64,000 bases of DNA from NCBI RefSeq assembly GCF_963921235.1, contig NC_086108.1, positions 89,406,001 to 89,470,000 on the forward strand, given 5' to 3'. The stretch comes from Mobula hypostoma. Its lineage: Eukaryota. Below the pieces are notes generated by a model. That model made no database searches. It was not told the origin of the DNA and saw only the letters and a list, made by a program, of their open reading frames with translations. The first letter of the stretch is position 1, and the number at the start of each line of letters is the position of its first letter. The position numbers were made by a program, and so were the translations under genes. This document shows positions 1-11,604 of the stretch, in pieces.

Positions 1-1522
1 ATGTACTTTTCCGGGCATCCATAGGTGGATAGGACATCCCATAGGAATTTCCTTGATACTGAGTCAAAGACTTTGGTGAGGTCGATGAATGCCATGTACA
101 AAGGTTGAAGTTGTTCACGACATTTTTCTTGTAGTTGTTGCATTGTGAAGATCATGTCGATTGCTCCACATGGTCTAAAACCGGCTTGTGTCTCCTGAAG
201 GATCTTCTCGGCAAAAGGTTGGAGCCGGTTGTTCATGATGCAGGTGAGGATATTTCCTGCTGTTGTTAACAGGGAAATTCCATGATAGTTTCCACATTCA
301 GATCGATCGCCTTTCCTTTTGTAGATGGTAACGATTGCTGAGTGTCTAAAGTCTGCTGGTACATCTTCATTTATTGATGAGAAGTTGATGCAGTTGGTAA
401 TGAAGTGGGTTACCTCCAAGTTTGTAGACCTCGGCTGGTATTCCATCGAAGTCCGGCGGCCTTGTTGTTTTTCAAGGTTTTGATGGCTTCCTTGACTTCT
501 TCACATGTTGGTATATTGCTTAGGGAGTTGTCAACAGGCTGTTTTGGAACGTTGTTAATCACTTTCCTGTCAAATGAGACGGTTTGATTTAGAAGATCTT
601 CAAAGTGCTCCCTCCATCTAGAATTGATGTCAACATTGGTCTTCAGGATGGTTGAACCATTTTTGCTTTTGAGCGGGGCTTGACCGTGAGTGGATGGGCC
701 AAAAATAACTTCAGTTGTGTTGAAAAAGCCTCGAGTGTCGTTGACGTCTGCTAGTTGTTGGATTTCCTGAGTTTTCTTCCTCCACCATTGGTTTTTCAGG
801 TTTCAGGTGCTCTTCTGGACTGCAGCCTTGCATTCCTGATAGTGTTTCCTTTTGGTAGTCGATTGTTGGTCATTTTGTAAGGTGACGAAAGCTTTTCTCT
901 TTTCGTCGATGAGTTGTTGGAGTAGTTGGTTGGTCTCAGCGAACCAATCCTAATGTTTTTTCGTCTTGAACCCAATTGTTACCTTGCAGGAGGTGATGGT
1001 AACGTTCTTCAATTGATTCCAGTGTTCTTCTACAGATGGTGGGATTTGTTGAGGCAGTTGTTCTTGAAGATTTTGTTGGAACTTCTGTACATGGTTGATG
1101 TCTTGAAGGATGTCAACATTGAATTTCTTAATAGTGTTCTGATTTTGGTGTTTCTTTTGGGCCAAATCTTTATTCTCATGGTGGACGAGATGAGTCGATG
1201 GTCTGTCCAGCACTCATCGCATCAGTAACAGCTCTTGTTATCAGTACATCTCGTTGGTCCCAAGATCACTTGGAGCGTGGACGCTGCCAGGAGACTTTGT
1301 GCCTGTTTTTCTGGTGAAATAGGGTGTTTGTAATCACCAAGTTGTGTTCAGCACGTATGGTGAGGAAGAGTGTTCCATTGGCATTGACCTTGCCAACTCC
1401 TTCCTTGTTTATTATTCCAGTCCAGAGCCTATGATCTTTCCCGACTCTGGCATTGATGTCTCCCAAGAGAATGATCTTCTTTCTTGGGAACAGAGGAAAG
1501 GATATCGTCAAGTTGGGCGTAT
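1..1522 (-). mobile_element. RTE-clade LINE fragment (endonuclease to N-terminal RT), degenerate, runs off the window start
   Basis: Minus-strand translation gives the APE motif IILLGDINARVGKD...GVGKVNANG...HNLVITNTLF and RT-like LYMAFIDLTKVFDSV near 60-100. Stops and frameshifts are present. Confidence 0.85.
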
Positions 1523-1644
1523 ATGATTTTATAATTAATATGTGATTTATAGCTTGGTCATAAGATTGGAACTCTAATTTGTATAAGAAAGTAAATTTGT
1601 AAAAGTATAAGAAGCTTATTAGCTCATTGCAAGCCGTAATTATA

Positions 1645-3848
1645 ACATGCTGAGCAGGTGAAGAGGGCTCTGGGGAAACTCTGACATGGCAAAGCATTGG
1701 AACCAGATGGTGTGAACCCTAAGGTCCTGAAGGAGCGTGTTGAGCAGCTGTGTGAAGTTCTCCAGTGCATTTTCAGTCTGAGTCTCAGCCTGGGAAGTGT
1801 CCCATCTGTGTGGAAAACATCATGCGTAGTCCCAGTACCCAAGAAGGGCCAACAGGAAGTCTTGAATGATTGCTGGCCTTCATAACAAGGGGAATCGAGT
1901 ATAAGAGCAAAGAGGTCCTTCTGCAGCTGTACAGAGCCCTGGTGAGACCACACCTGGAGTACTGTGTGCAGTTTTGGTCTCCAAATTTGAGGAAGGACAT
2001 TCTTGCTATTGAGGGAGTGCAGCGTAGGTTCACAAGGTTAATTCCCAGGATGGCAGGACTGTCATATGTCGAAAGATTGGAGCAACTGGGCTTGTATACT
2101 GGAATTTAGAAGGCTGAGAGGGGATATTATTGAAACATATAAGATTATTAAGGGATTGGACACGCTGGAGGCAGGAAGCATCTTCCCGCTGATGGGTGAG
2201 TCCAGAACCAGAGGCCACAGTTTAAGAATAAGGGGTAGGCCATTTAGAACGGAGTTGAGGAAAAACTTTTTCACCCAGAGAGTGGTGGATATATGGAATG
2301 CTCTGCCCCAGAAGGCTGTGGAGGCCAAGTCTCTGGATGCTTTCAAGAAGGAGATGGATAGAGCTCTTAAAGATAGCGGAATCAAAGATTATGGGGATAA
2401 GGCAGGAACTGGATACTAATTGTGGATGATCAGTCATGATCACAGTGAATGACGGTGCTGGCTCGAAGGGCCGAACGGCCTGCTCCTGCACCTATTGTCT
2501 ATTGTCTATTGCTGTACAGTGGCCCTGACCTCACACATTATGAAGTCCCTAGGGAGGCTGGTCCTGTCTCACCTCTGACCCCTGGTCAGATCAGCCCTTG
2601 ATCCTCTGCAGTTTGCCTACAGGAGCAGATTGGAGTCGATGACGTTGTCATCTACCTGCTGAACAGAGGCAGATTAAGCTTATCACAGTGTTGCCCTGCT
2701 TATCCATTTGGATAAGCAGAGCAGCACTGTGAGGATCATGTTTTTTGATTTCCCAACTGTCTTCAATACCATGCAGCCCTCAATGCTGGTAGGAAAGCTC
2801 CATTCAATGCAGGTTGGCACTTCCATTGTATCCTGAATAATGGACTACCTGTCTGGCAGACAACAGTTTGTGCACTTCAGAGCTGTGTGTCAGACATGGC
2901 TATAAGCAGCACATGGGCCCCACAGGGGACTGTATTGGCTCCCTTCCTGTTTACCCTGTATACCTCGGACTTTAGATACAACACTGAGTCATGTCATCTG
3001 CAGAAACTCTCTGATGACTCGGCAATAGTTGGCTGTATAAAAGGAGGACAAGAGGATCAACACAGAGCCCTGATGGAGAACTTTGTCAAACAGTGAATCA
3101 TCTGCAGTTCAACATCAGAGAGACAAAGGAGATGGTGATGGACTTTAGGAAGGCTAAACCTGCACTGCTCCCTGTTACTATTGATGGTGAGGACATGGAT
3201 GTGGTGAGAATCTACAAGTACCTGAGGGTGTGCCTGGATGACAGACTTGAGTGGGGCAACACAGAGGTTGTGTACAAGAATGCTAGAGTCGCCTCTACTT
3301 CCCGAGTAGGTAACACAGGCCTTTTGAGTATACAGGCCTCTCCTTCACATGTTTTACCAGAATGTTTTCACCAGTATAATCTTTATGCAGTGGTGTGCTG
3401 GGGTAATGGCATCAACACGGGTGATGTGAACAGGCTCAAAAAAACAGATTAAACAGATTCTGTTATAGGAGTCAAAATGGACATACTGGAGGATATGGTA
3501 GAACAAAGAACCCAATGGAAAATCCGGCAATTCTGAACGATGTTTCTTACTCTCTGCATGCCACCTTGGCTGAACAGAGGAGCACTTTTAGTAATCGAGT
3601 AAGACAACTGCACTGCTCCAAAAAGCGCTATATGAGGTCATTCTTACCCTCGGCCATTAGGCTCTATAATGAGATAGCCTATAGCCAGGGAAATGAGTTG
3701 ACTCCCTACTGTTAGACTGTTTGAGGTAACTTATTTTTTATTTTTTATTCTCTTCAATATTAGTATATTTTATATCTGTGCACTTGTAATACTACTGTGA
3801 CAGTGTAATTTCCTTTAGGATCAATAACGTATCTATCTATCTATCTAT
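1645..3848 (+). mobile_element. Rex1/Babar-type LINE, 5'-truncated RT region, interrupted by a CR1 piece
   Basis: Motifs PDGVNPKVLK..WKTSCVVPVPKK..LND, then VALTSHIMK, APQGTVLAPFLFTLYT and KLSDDSAIVG. Ends in a (TATC)n tail at ~3830-3848. Confidence 0.85.
1873..2511 (+). mobile_element. CR1 LINE 3' fragment nested in the Rex element
   Basis: LYRALVRPHLEYCVQFWSP and SRTRGHSL motifs, with a (TATTGTC)n tail. The host Rex reading continues across the insertion. Confidence 0.9.
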
Positions 3849-3899
3849 AACCCATATTTAGTGAAAATTGTTTATTGCCCTTCCACACAGTCCAGGGTT

Positions 3900-6447
3900 G
3901 ACTTTGTAATGACTTTTCAGTAGCCTTCTGTTAGTTTTTAAAAACATCCTAATCCACTAACTTCAAGCTAATTTTTGCTCTATTATATGCCCTCTCTTTG
4001 GCTTTTATGTTGGCTTTGACTTCTCCTGTTAGCGACCATTGTGTTATCTTTGAATTAAATACTTCTTCCTCTTTTGGATGTATATATCCCGTGCCTTCAA
4101 AATTGCTTCCAGAAATTCCAGCTAATGCTGCTCTGTCGTCATTCCTGCCAGTGTTCTTTTCCAATCAATTCTGTCCAACTCTTCTCTCATGCCTCTGTAA
4201 TTCCATTTACTCTATTGCAATACTGATACATCTGACATTAGCTTCTCCTTCTCAAATTTAATGATGAATTTGATCATATTATGATTACTTACCTGTAAAG
4301 GTTCTTTTACCATAAACTCTCTAATCAATTCTGCTTAATTACACAGCACCTAATCCAGAATAGTTGATCCTCTCATGGGCTCAATCATGAGCTGATCTAA
4401 AAAAGCCATCAAATACAAGGGGTGATTGATAAGTTCATGGCCTAAAGTACAAGGAGTCAATTTTAGAAAACCTAGCACATTTATTTTTCCTACATTTACA
4501 CACTTAGTCCAGCAGTCGTGGAGCGTATGGATCTAGTCTTTGTAGAAGTCGGAGTCTTGGACCTCCAGAAGTGGTCCACAGCAGGGGTGATTGATAAGTT
4601 CATGGCCTAAGGTAGAAGGAGATGAGTTATTAACTTCAAACTTTCTGCATTTTCACTCAGAGTTGAACTGCACGTGCATGTAACGACAGCTGTATAACTC
4701 ATCTCCTTCCACCTTAGGCCACAAACTAATCAATCACGCCTGCTGTGGACCACTTCTACAAAGAAGGGATCCGTATGCTCCATGGCCGCTGGACTAAGTG
4801 TGTAAATGTAGGAGGGGACTATGTTGAAAAATAAATGTGCTAGCTTAGGCAACAAACTTATCAATCACCCCTCACAGGTACTCTAGAAATTTCCCCTCTT
4901 GTAATCCAGCACCAACATGATTTTCTCAATCTACCTGCATATTGAAGTCCCCCGTGACTATTGTAACATTGTCGTTTTGGCATGCATTTTCTATCTCCTG
5001 TTGTAAGTTATAGGTTACATCCTGACTACTGTTTGGGGGTCTGTGTACAACTCCCATTAGGGTCTTTTTAACCTTGCAGTCCTTCAGCTTTATCCACAAT
5101 GATTCAATACCTTCCGACCTTATATCACCTCTTTCTAATTATTTGATTTCACTTTTTACCAACCGAGCAACACTGCCCCTTCTGCCTTCCTGCCTGTCCT
5201 TTCAATACAGTGTGTATCCTTGGACATTAAGCTCCTGGCTGTAATTTTTCAGTCATGATTCACTGATACCTACAAGATCATACTGGCAATCTGCAACTAT
5301 GCTGCATGTTCATCTACCTTAAGTCCATCTGTTACTCTGTATACTGCATTCAGATACAGCACCTTCAGTCCTGTATTGACCCTTCTTGATTTTGTCGCAC
5401 CATGCGCAATCTTTTGATAGCTAACTTTGTCAGAGGTCTTACCAACATCTGCTTCCACAATCTCTCCACTAAGTGTTCTGGCTCTCTGGTTCCCATCCCC
5501 CTGCATCTCTAGTTTAAACCCTACCATGCAGCATTAACAAACATTCCCACTAGGATATTAGTTCCCCCACCAGTTCAGGTGAAAACTATCCTTTCTGTAC
5601 AGATCCCACCGTCCCTGGAAGAGAACCCAACGATCCAAGAATCTTATGCCTTCCCTCCCACACCAACTCCACATATTAAACTGTATGATCTTCCTAGTTC
5701 TAGCCTCACTAGCACGTGGCACGGGTAGCAGTCCTTAGATCATAATCCTGGAGGTCCTGCCTTTTAACTTAGCACTTAACTCCCTGAACTCCCTATGCAG
5801 AACCTCATCACTCGTCCTACCCACATCAGAAGTATGTACAAGGACCACAACCTCTGGCTGTTCACCCACCCACTTAAGAATGCTAAGGACTCGATCCGAG
5901 ATATCCTGGACCCTGGCACCCAGGAAACAACATACCATCCGGGAATCTCGTTCTCATCCACAGAACCTCCTGTCTGTTCCCCTAACTACTGAATCCCCAA
6001 TTGCCAAAGTATGCCTCTTCTTCCACCTTCACTTCTGAATCACAGAGGCAGATTTAGTGTCAGAGACCCAACCATTGTGACTTCCCTCTGTTAGGTCATA
6101 CCCCAACCCCACCTCCAGCAGTATCCAAAGTGATATATCTCTTGATGAGTGTGATAGACACAGAGGTAACCACAATGGCTCTTTAATTCCTTTCCCCTTC
6201 CTGACTGTCGCCCACTTTCCTGTGTCCTGCACTTTGTGACGTCTCTATATGCCCTATTGATGACCCCTTCAACCTCCCGAATGAGCTGGAGTTCATCCAG
6301 TTCCAGCTCCAACTCCAACTCCTTAATGTGGTTTGTTAGAAGCTGCAGGTGGATGCACTTCTCACAGTTGTAGTCGTCAGGGATACAGGAGATCTCCCTT
6401 CCTTCCCAGATCTCACACGAGGGGCATTGCACTGTCTTGTCTGACAT
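3900..6447 (-). mobile_element. CR1 LINE 5' half: ORF1 (Zn-finger/coiled coil + SGNH esterase) and endonuclease, degenerate
   Basis: ORF 6091-6447 VQCPSCEIWE..CEKC..LELELDEL; ORF 5735-5938 CCFLGARVQDISDR..PEVVV..DVGR; LKVLYLNA marks the endonuclease start. Confidence 0.85.
4416..4874. mobile_element. mariner-derived palindromic MITE
   Basis: TIR GGGGTGATTGATAAGTT..GCCTAA at both ends and as an internal inverted pair. Inserted at a TA of the host CR1. 4754-4834 translates as the mariner transposase C-terminus FYKEGIRMLHGRWTKCVNVGGDYVEK*. Confidence 0.85.
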
Positions 6448-6543
6448 AGGAGCAGATTTTAAAAGAGAAGGAAAAATGTTTCACAGCTTGTGAGAGAGGA
6501 TCATTGAGACTATCTCTGATTCATGTAGTTTCGTGACCACCAA

Positions 6544-7791
6544 ATGGACGATGAAATTCTGGAGTACTGTATGATAGCTCATGTATTTGGTAACTATCCC
6601 TCAATAGTTGTAGCAAACTATGGCCTTAAGAGTTCAACTAATGAGGGCATAATGAGTGCAGTGGATAGATGGGAACAGGTGGATGTTGCATACTTGGATT
6701 TCCAGAAGGTGTTCGATAAGGTGCCACACAAGAGACTTATAAATAAGACACGGATGCATGGAGTCGGAGGAAGTGTATTGGCATGGATAGTGGATTCATT
6801 AACCGATAGAAGGCAGAGAGTTGCTATAAATGGGAGTTTCTCCAGTTGGCAGTCAGTGGTGAGTGGGATGCTGCAGGGGTTAGTGCTGGGTCTGCAGCTG
6901 TTTACCATTTACATTGATGATTTGGAAGAGGGGACTGAGTGTAGCATATCAAAATTTGCTGATGACACTAAACTGAGTGGAAAAGCAAATTGTACAGAGA
7001 ATGTGGAGAGTCTGCAGAGGGATATAGATAGGTTAAGTGAGTGGGCCAAGGTCTGGCAGATGGAATACAATGTTGGTAAATGTGAGATCGTGCACTTTGG
7101 AAAGAATAATAGAAAAGCAGATTATTATTTAAATGGTGAAAGATTGAAGCATGCTGTTGTGCAGAGGGACTTGGGAATGCTTGTGCATGAATCGCAAAAT
7201 GTTGGCTTGCAAGTACAACAGGTTATTAAGAAGGCAAGTGGAATGTTGGCCTTCATTGCTAGAGGGATTGAATTCAAGAGCAGGGAGGTCATGCTGCAAC
7301 TATGCAGGGTACTGGTGAGGCCGCACCTGGAGTACTGTGTGCAGTTCTGGTCTCCAAACTGGAGGAAGGATATACTGGCCTTGGAGGCAGTGCAGAGGAG
7401 GTTCACCAGGTTGATTCCAGGGATGAAAGGGTTAACCTATGGGGAGAGATTGAGTCGCCTGGAACTATACTCTCTGGAGTTCAGAAGAATGAGAGGGGAT
7501 CTTATAGAAACATACAAAATTTTGAAAGGGATAGATAAGAAAGAAGTAGGAAACTTGTTTCCATTGGTAGGTGAGACTAGAACTAGGGGATATTGCCTCA
7601 AGATTCAGGGGAGAAGATTTAGGATGGAGATGAGAAACTGTTTTTTCCAGAGAGTGGTGAATCTGTGGAATTCTCTGTCCAGGGAAGCAGTTGAGGCTTC
7701 TTCACTAAATATATTTAAGAAACAGTTAGATAGGTTTTTACATAGTAGGGGAATTAAGGCTTATGGGGGAAAGGCAGATAGATGGAGCTGA
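6544..7791 (+). pseudogene. 415-aa chimeric ORF: ~33 aa of BEL RT fused in frame to the CR1 reverse-transcriptase C-terminal half
   Basis: Uninterrupted in the ORF track. The N-terminus matches the BEL host and the remainder is CR1 ORF2. Confidence 0.7.
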
Positions 7792-7886
7792 GTTTATGGA
7801 CAAATCAGCCATGATCTTATTAAATGGTGGGGCAGGCTCGATGGGCCGGATGGCCTACTTCTGCTCCTATTTCTTATGTTCTTATG
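6642..7886 (+). mobile_element. CR1 LINE 3' portion, well preserved
   Basis: RT motifs YLDFQKVFDKVPH, QGLVLG, KFADDTKL and RPHLEYCVQFWSP, with a (TTCTTATG)2 tail. Confidence 0.92.
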
Positions 7887-9249
7887 AGAGAAGGAAATTG
7901 GGAATGAAGCGCAGAGATACAGAGAAAGGCAATTCTATAATCTCAAATCATTTTCTAGTGCAGCAGAAGCAGTCAGTATACTGAAAGCATTTGGCACAGT
8001 CTATTGTCAAATTGCAAAAGATCATATCCAACAGTGCTGAGGTCATGTAATGTTTCCCATCTAAAAATCTGGCTGGGGGTCGGCGGAGTCTTGATATTAG
8101 ATAGGAACTCCCTCCGACACTAGTCAGTCTGGGCCTTGGATGGGGCCTTGTCACGGACAGCCTTACTTTCCCAGGTCACTGATAACAAAAGACCCTTTAC
8201 ACGTCATGGTGTGCTGTTGACTATCAGCAGTCTATATGATACTCTTGGGTTTGCTGCTCCAGTCAGTAACTAGGGACTCTTCATGTTAAGAGAGTTGACC
8301 TTGGGCAGTTGTGGATGGGATGTCCAACGCCCTAAAGAAAAACTTGAGCAGTGGCAGCAGTGGTGTATTTCCCTTCAGGATCTTAAACGTTTGAAGATTC
8401 CAAGAACCTACATAACAATTCCATTTTCTTCAGTTCAGAAGAGAGAAGTCTGCATCTTTTGTGATGCATCAACTAAAACTATCCATCCCATTGCATACCT
8501 TAGGGTCACAGGCACTGTTGGATAGAGTAAAGACAGAATCATCCTGTGCAAGGCCAAGCTTGTTCCCAAACAAAATAACTCCATACCAGAGCTTGAACTC
8601 GGTGCTGCTGTTGTAGCAGTCGAGATGTCAGAGCTGATGACCGATGAGCTGGACACAGTACTGGACGATATCAAGTTCTTTACTGACAACAAGGATGTGA
8701 TTGGTTACATACTGAATGAAACAGGAGATTCTATGTTTATGCACATAAAAGGGTCCATTGCATCAGGTGATCAACCCAGAAGAGCCAAAGGAACTACGTT
8801 GTTACTGATTTCACCCGGCTGACCATGCCAAAAGAGCTAACCAGGTCACCCATTCCTCATGGTTAGCTGGTTCAGTATTTCTTGCTGTGCCTCACCAATA
8901 ACATCATCAAGGCCTGTATCTTCGAAGTGAAAATGGTTAAATGGTTAAAGATTGTGTAGTAAAACTGTTTTCAAGAAGACCAGTCTCTGAGACTATCTTC
9001 ATTTACTAAGGACATAATGAATGGTTATTTGACTTCTATTTCAATTGTTAAGATTGACATCCTTTGGATGCGGGTGGGGAGTGTTCTGACCTCTACAGGT
9101 GCAGTTCGTTTTGTATGAATATCATCTCTTGCATGTATGCTGTTTTTTATATTATTTCCTGCATGAGTTAATTTGGATTTCATTTTGAAGCACACAGTGG
9201 AAAGACATTATTCTCCATCCTTTCTTTATTAACCCTTGAAATGACAACA

Positions 9250-9530
9250 AACCCCACCACCACCACTACTTTATCATTTCCTGTCAGTCATCTTATGCAC
9301 AGATACTCCTGTGCCTAGTGTCACTTTATGGACATGCAACCAATCTATGTATATAAGCTATCTTATGTATTTATATTTATTTTGTTTTTTTTTAATTATT
9401 GTGTTCTTTATCTTTGTGTTTTCTTGTGCGACATCAGATCTGGAATAACAATTACTTTGTTCTCCTTTACACGTGTATACAGGAAATGACACTAAATATC
9501 TTGAAATTTGAATCTATCTATCTATCTATC
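9250..9530 (+). repeat. LINE-type 3' UTR remnant ending in (TCTA)n
   Basis: AT/T-rich tail resembling the other Rex 3' ends in the window, followed by a tetranucleotide microsatellite. Confidence 0.5.
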
Positions 9531-9540
9531 TGTTGTCTTA

Positions 9541-10725
9541 TCTACATACTACTAAAACTCTCATGCTCTGTCTGTCTGTTTGTCTGTTTGTGACCTCCAA
9601 TTAGCACAAACGGTGTATTACAGTAGCACTTTTTTTGGCTAAATCAAATTAAAATGCACTACCTTACAGAATGCAGGTAAAGTTCAGGGTTATATATTCA
9701 TATAAAATTGCTCATTCGCAAAAATCAACAAGGGTCTCGGCCCGAAACATCGACTGTACCTCTTCCTAGAGATGCTGACTGGCCTGCTGCGTTCACCAGC
9801 AACATTTATGTGAGGCTCCCCTTTAACCCGAGAGCCGATTCACCATCATGGAAATCGGGTCGCGACAGCCCGACGCATGCGCACGGCCAGCCTCAGCAGC
9901 GACACCTACTGGAGCAAAAGGGCAGGGCAGCTCTATTTCGAGGGCTCACATTCTGCTAATCACCATCAGCATGTCCAGGATTGGGACAGATCTAACTGCC
10001 ACCCCTCAATAAGAGATAATTAAATCTTATTGCACTGACATATTTTCAGACACCCATGAAACTCTTTGCTTCAGTCAAAGGACAGTGGTGACTATATCAT
10101 GTCCATTTAGGAGAGTGCCAACCACATCATCAAGAATAATCAGCATCCTTTGGTGTTACTGCTTCATATCTTCTATCCAGCATTAGGGTAAAAAAAATGG
10201 TCAGCCTATTTATGCCACGTGGAGAGGGAGGGGGTCATTATTGTCAAGAGATGACACCAAACGTCATCAAGAAGCGGCAAGGAGAGGGAGAGAAAAAGAA
10301 TCAGATAAGGCCAGGGCTGCACAACTCCAGGATTAAAGAGTCAGGACAAAAAAAGATGAGAGAAGAAGAGACAGAGGAGGAGAGGCATGCACGTCTCCAG
10401 GATCAGAGACAAACAACAAACAGCAGAGGAGATGAAGAGACGGGGGAATGAAAGGACTGCACATCTCCAGAATGACAACAACAGGCACAAGGATGGCAGA
10501 TAAACCAGAAATAATGCAATCAAAAGTGTCCTTTGTTAAATGAGGAGGAGCTATATTTGCTTTGCTATGCGCCATTCTTCTTTAATAAACTGAGGTTTTC
10601 TACTTCAGTTTCCAAAGCAAAGTGATACCAATAGCATTCAGGAAAATTTAATGTTCATTCTGGTCACATCAGACTGCACTACCCTTCTCTCAAAGGGTGC
10701 TCCAATGGGTCACCCAGTTGTCTAG
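9541..10725 (+). mobile_element. Non-autonomous Helitron
   Basis: 5' A|TCTACATACTACTAAAAC and 3' hairpin (GGGTG..TGGGTCACCCA, 10695-10716) followed by CTAG|T. No TSD. Internal relic MREEETEEERHARLQDQRQ resembles the repeats in RepHel N-termini. Confidence 0.8.
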
Positions 10726-10759
10726 TTTTCTCGAAGACTAACACTAGAATCTTTTAGGG

Positions 10760-11510
10760 AGACACAACAGACTGCAGATGCTGGAATCTAGAGCAAATCA
10801 CAATCTGCTGGTCGAACTTAGTCAGTCAGGCAGTTTCAGTGGGGAGAAGGAATTATTGATGTTTTGGGATGAAGCCTGAGCTGACTGCTGGACTGAGAAG
10901 GAGTGAAAGATGTTGAGTAGGTTGTGACAAGTTGGGTAGGGCTGGAGAGGGGCCAGTGGTGGAATTGAGAAACAGTGGCAAGGGATGACAGATGGAGGCA
11001 GACAGAGAGGAAACAAAATTGGCAGGTGGAGCGAGGTAGGAGGACTGGTGAGTGAACATTGTGTATTGCCCAACTACTGGACTATGATAAGCAGGACACT
11101 GGATCTGCCACTGCTGGAATCTGGTAAAGAAACTGAGTGATAATGGGAGCTAGTAGGGGAGAGGTGAATGCCAGATGGAAAAAGAACCAGATCAGATGGG
11201 AGTTTGTGGGGGGGGGCTGGGAGTGTTAGTGGACAGGAGAGGGAGAGGAACAGGTGGGTGAATCGTGTGTGCGTGCGCGTGTGTGTGCAGTGGTGGATGG
11301 AACAAGGAGGGGGTGAGGGATGATAACGGGGGTAGAGGAAGGGAGTAGAAAAGGGGACAAAACTGGAAAGACTAGAAGAGGATCAGGAAGGGGGGAAAGG
11401 AAAAGAAGCACCAGAGTGAAGGGTTAACTAGAACTAGAAAACTCAATCTTCGTGCCATTGGACTTTCGGCCAAACAGCAGGAATATGAGATGTTTTTCCT
11501 CTAATTTTTG
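10760..11510 (-). mobile_element. Old Penelope-like 3' region/pseudo-LTR remnant
   Basis: CTGCAGATGCTGGAATC terminus, purine-rich tract and decayed GIY-YIG C-terminal coding, similar to other Penelope copies here. Confidence 0.6.
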
Positions 11511-11604
11511 TTGCGCTAGATCATTAACATATAGCATGAAAGAAAGCAGACACAACACCAACCCCTACAGAATATCACTAGTCACCAGCAGCCAGCCAGA
11601 AAGG

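Larger units (their letters stand above)
6448..9200 (+). mobile_element. BEL/Pao LTR-retrotransposon relic (RT and RNase H; integrase not seen), interrupted by CR1
   Basis: EYCMIAHVFGNYPS..ANYGL (BEL RT), RPFTRHGVL..SSLYDTLGF, IFCDAS..AYLR, AKLVPK..IPELELGAAV and FFTDNK. PPT-like GGGTGGGGAG followed by TG at ~9072-9083. Confidence 0.8.
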
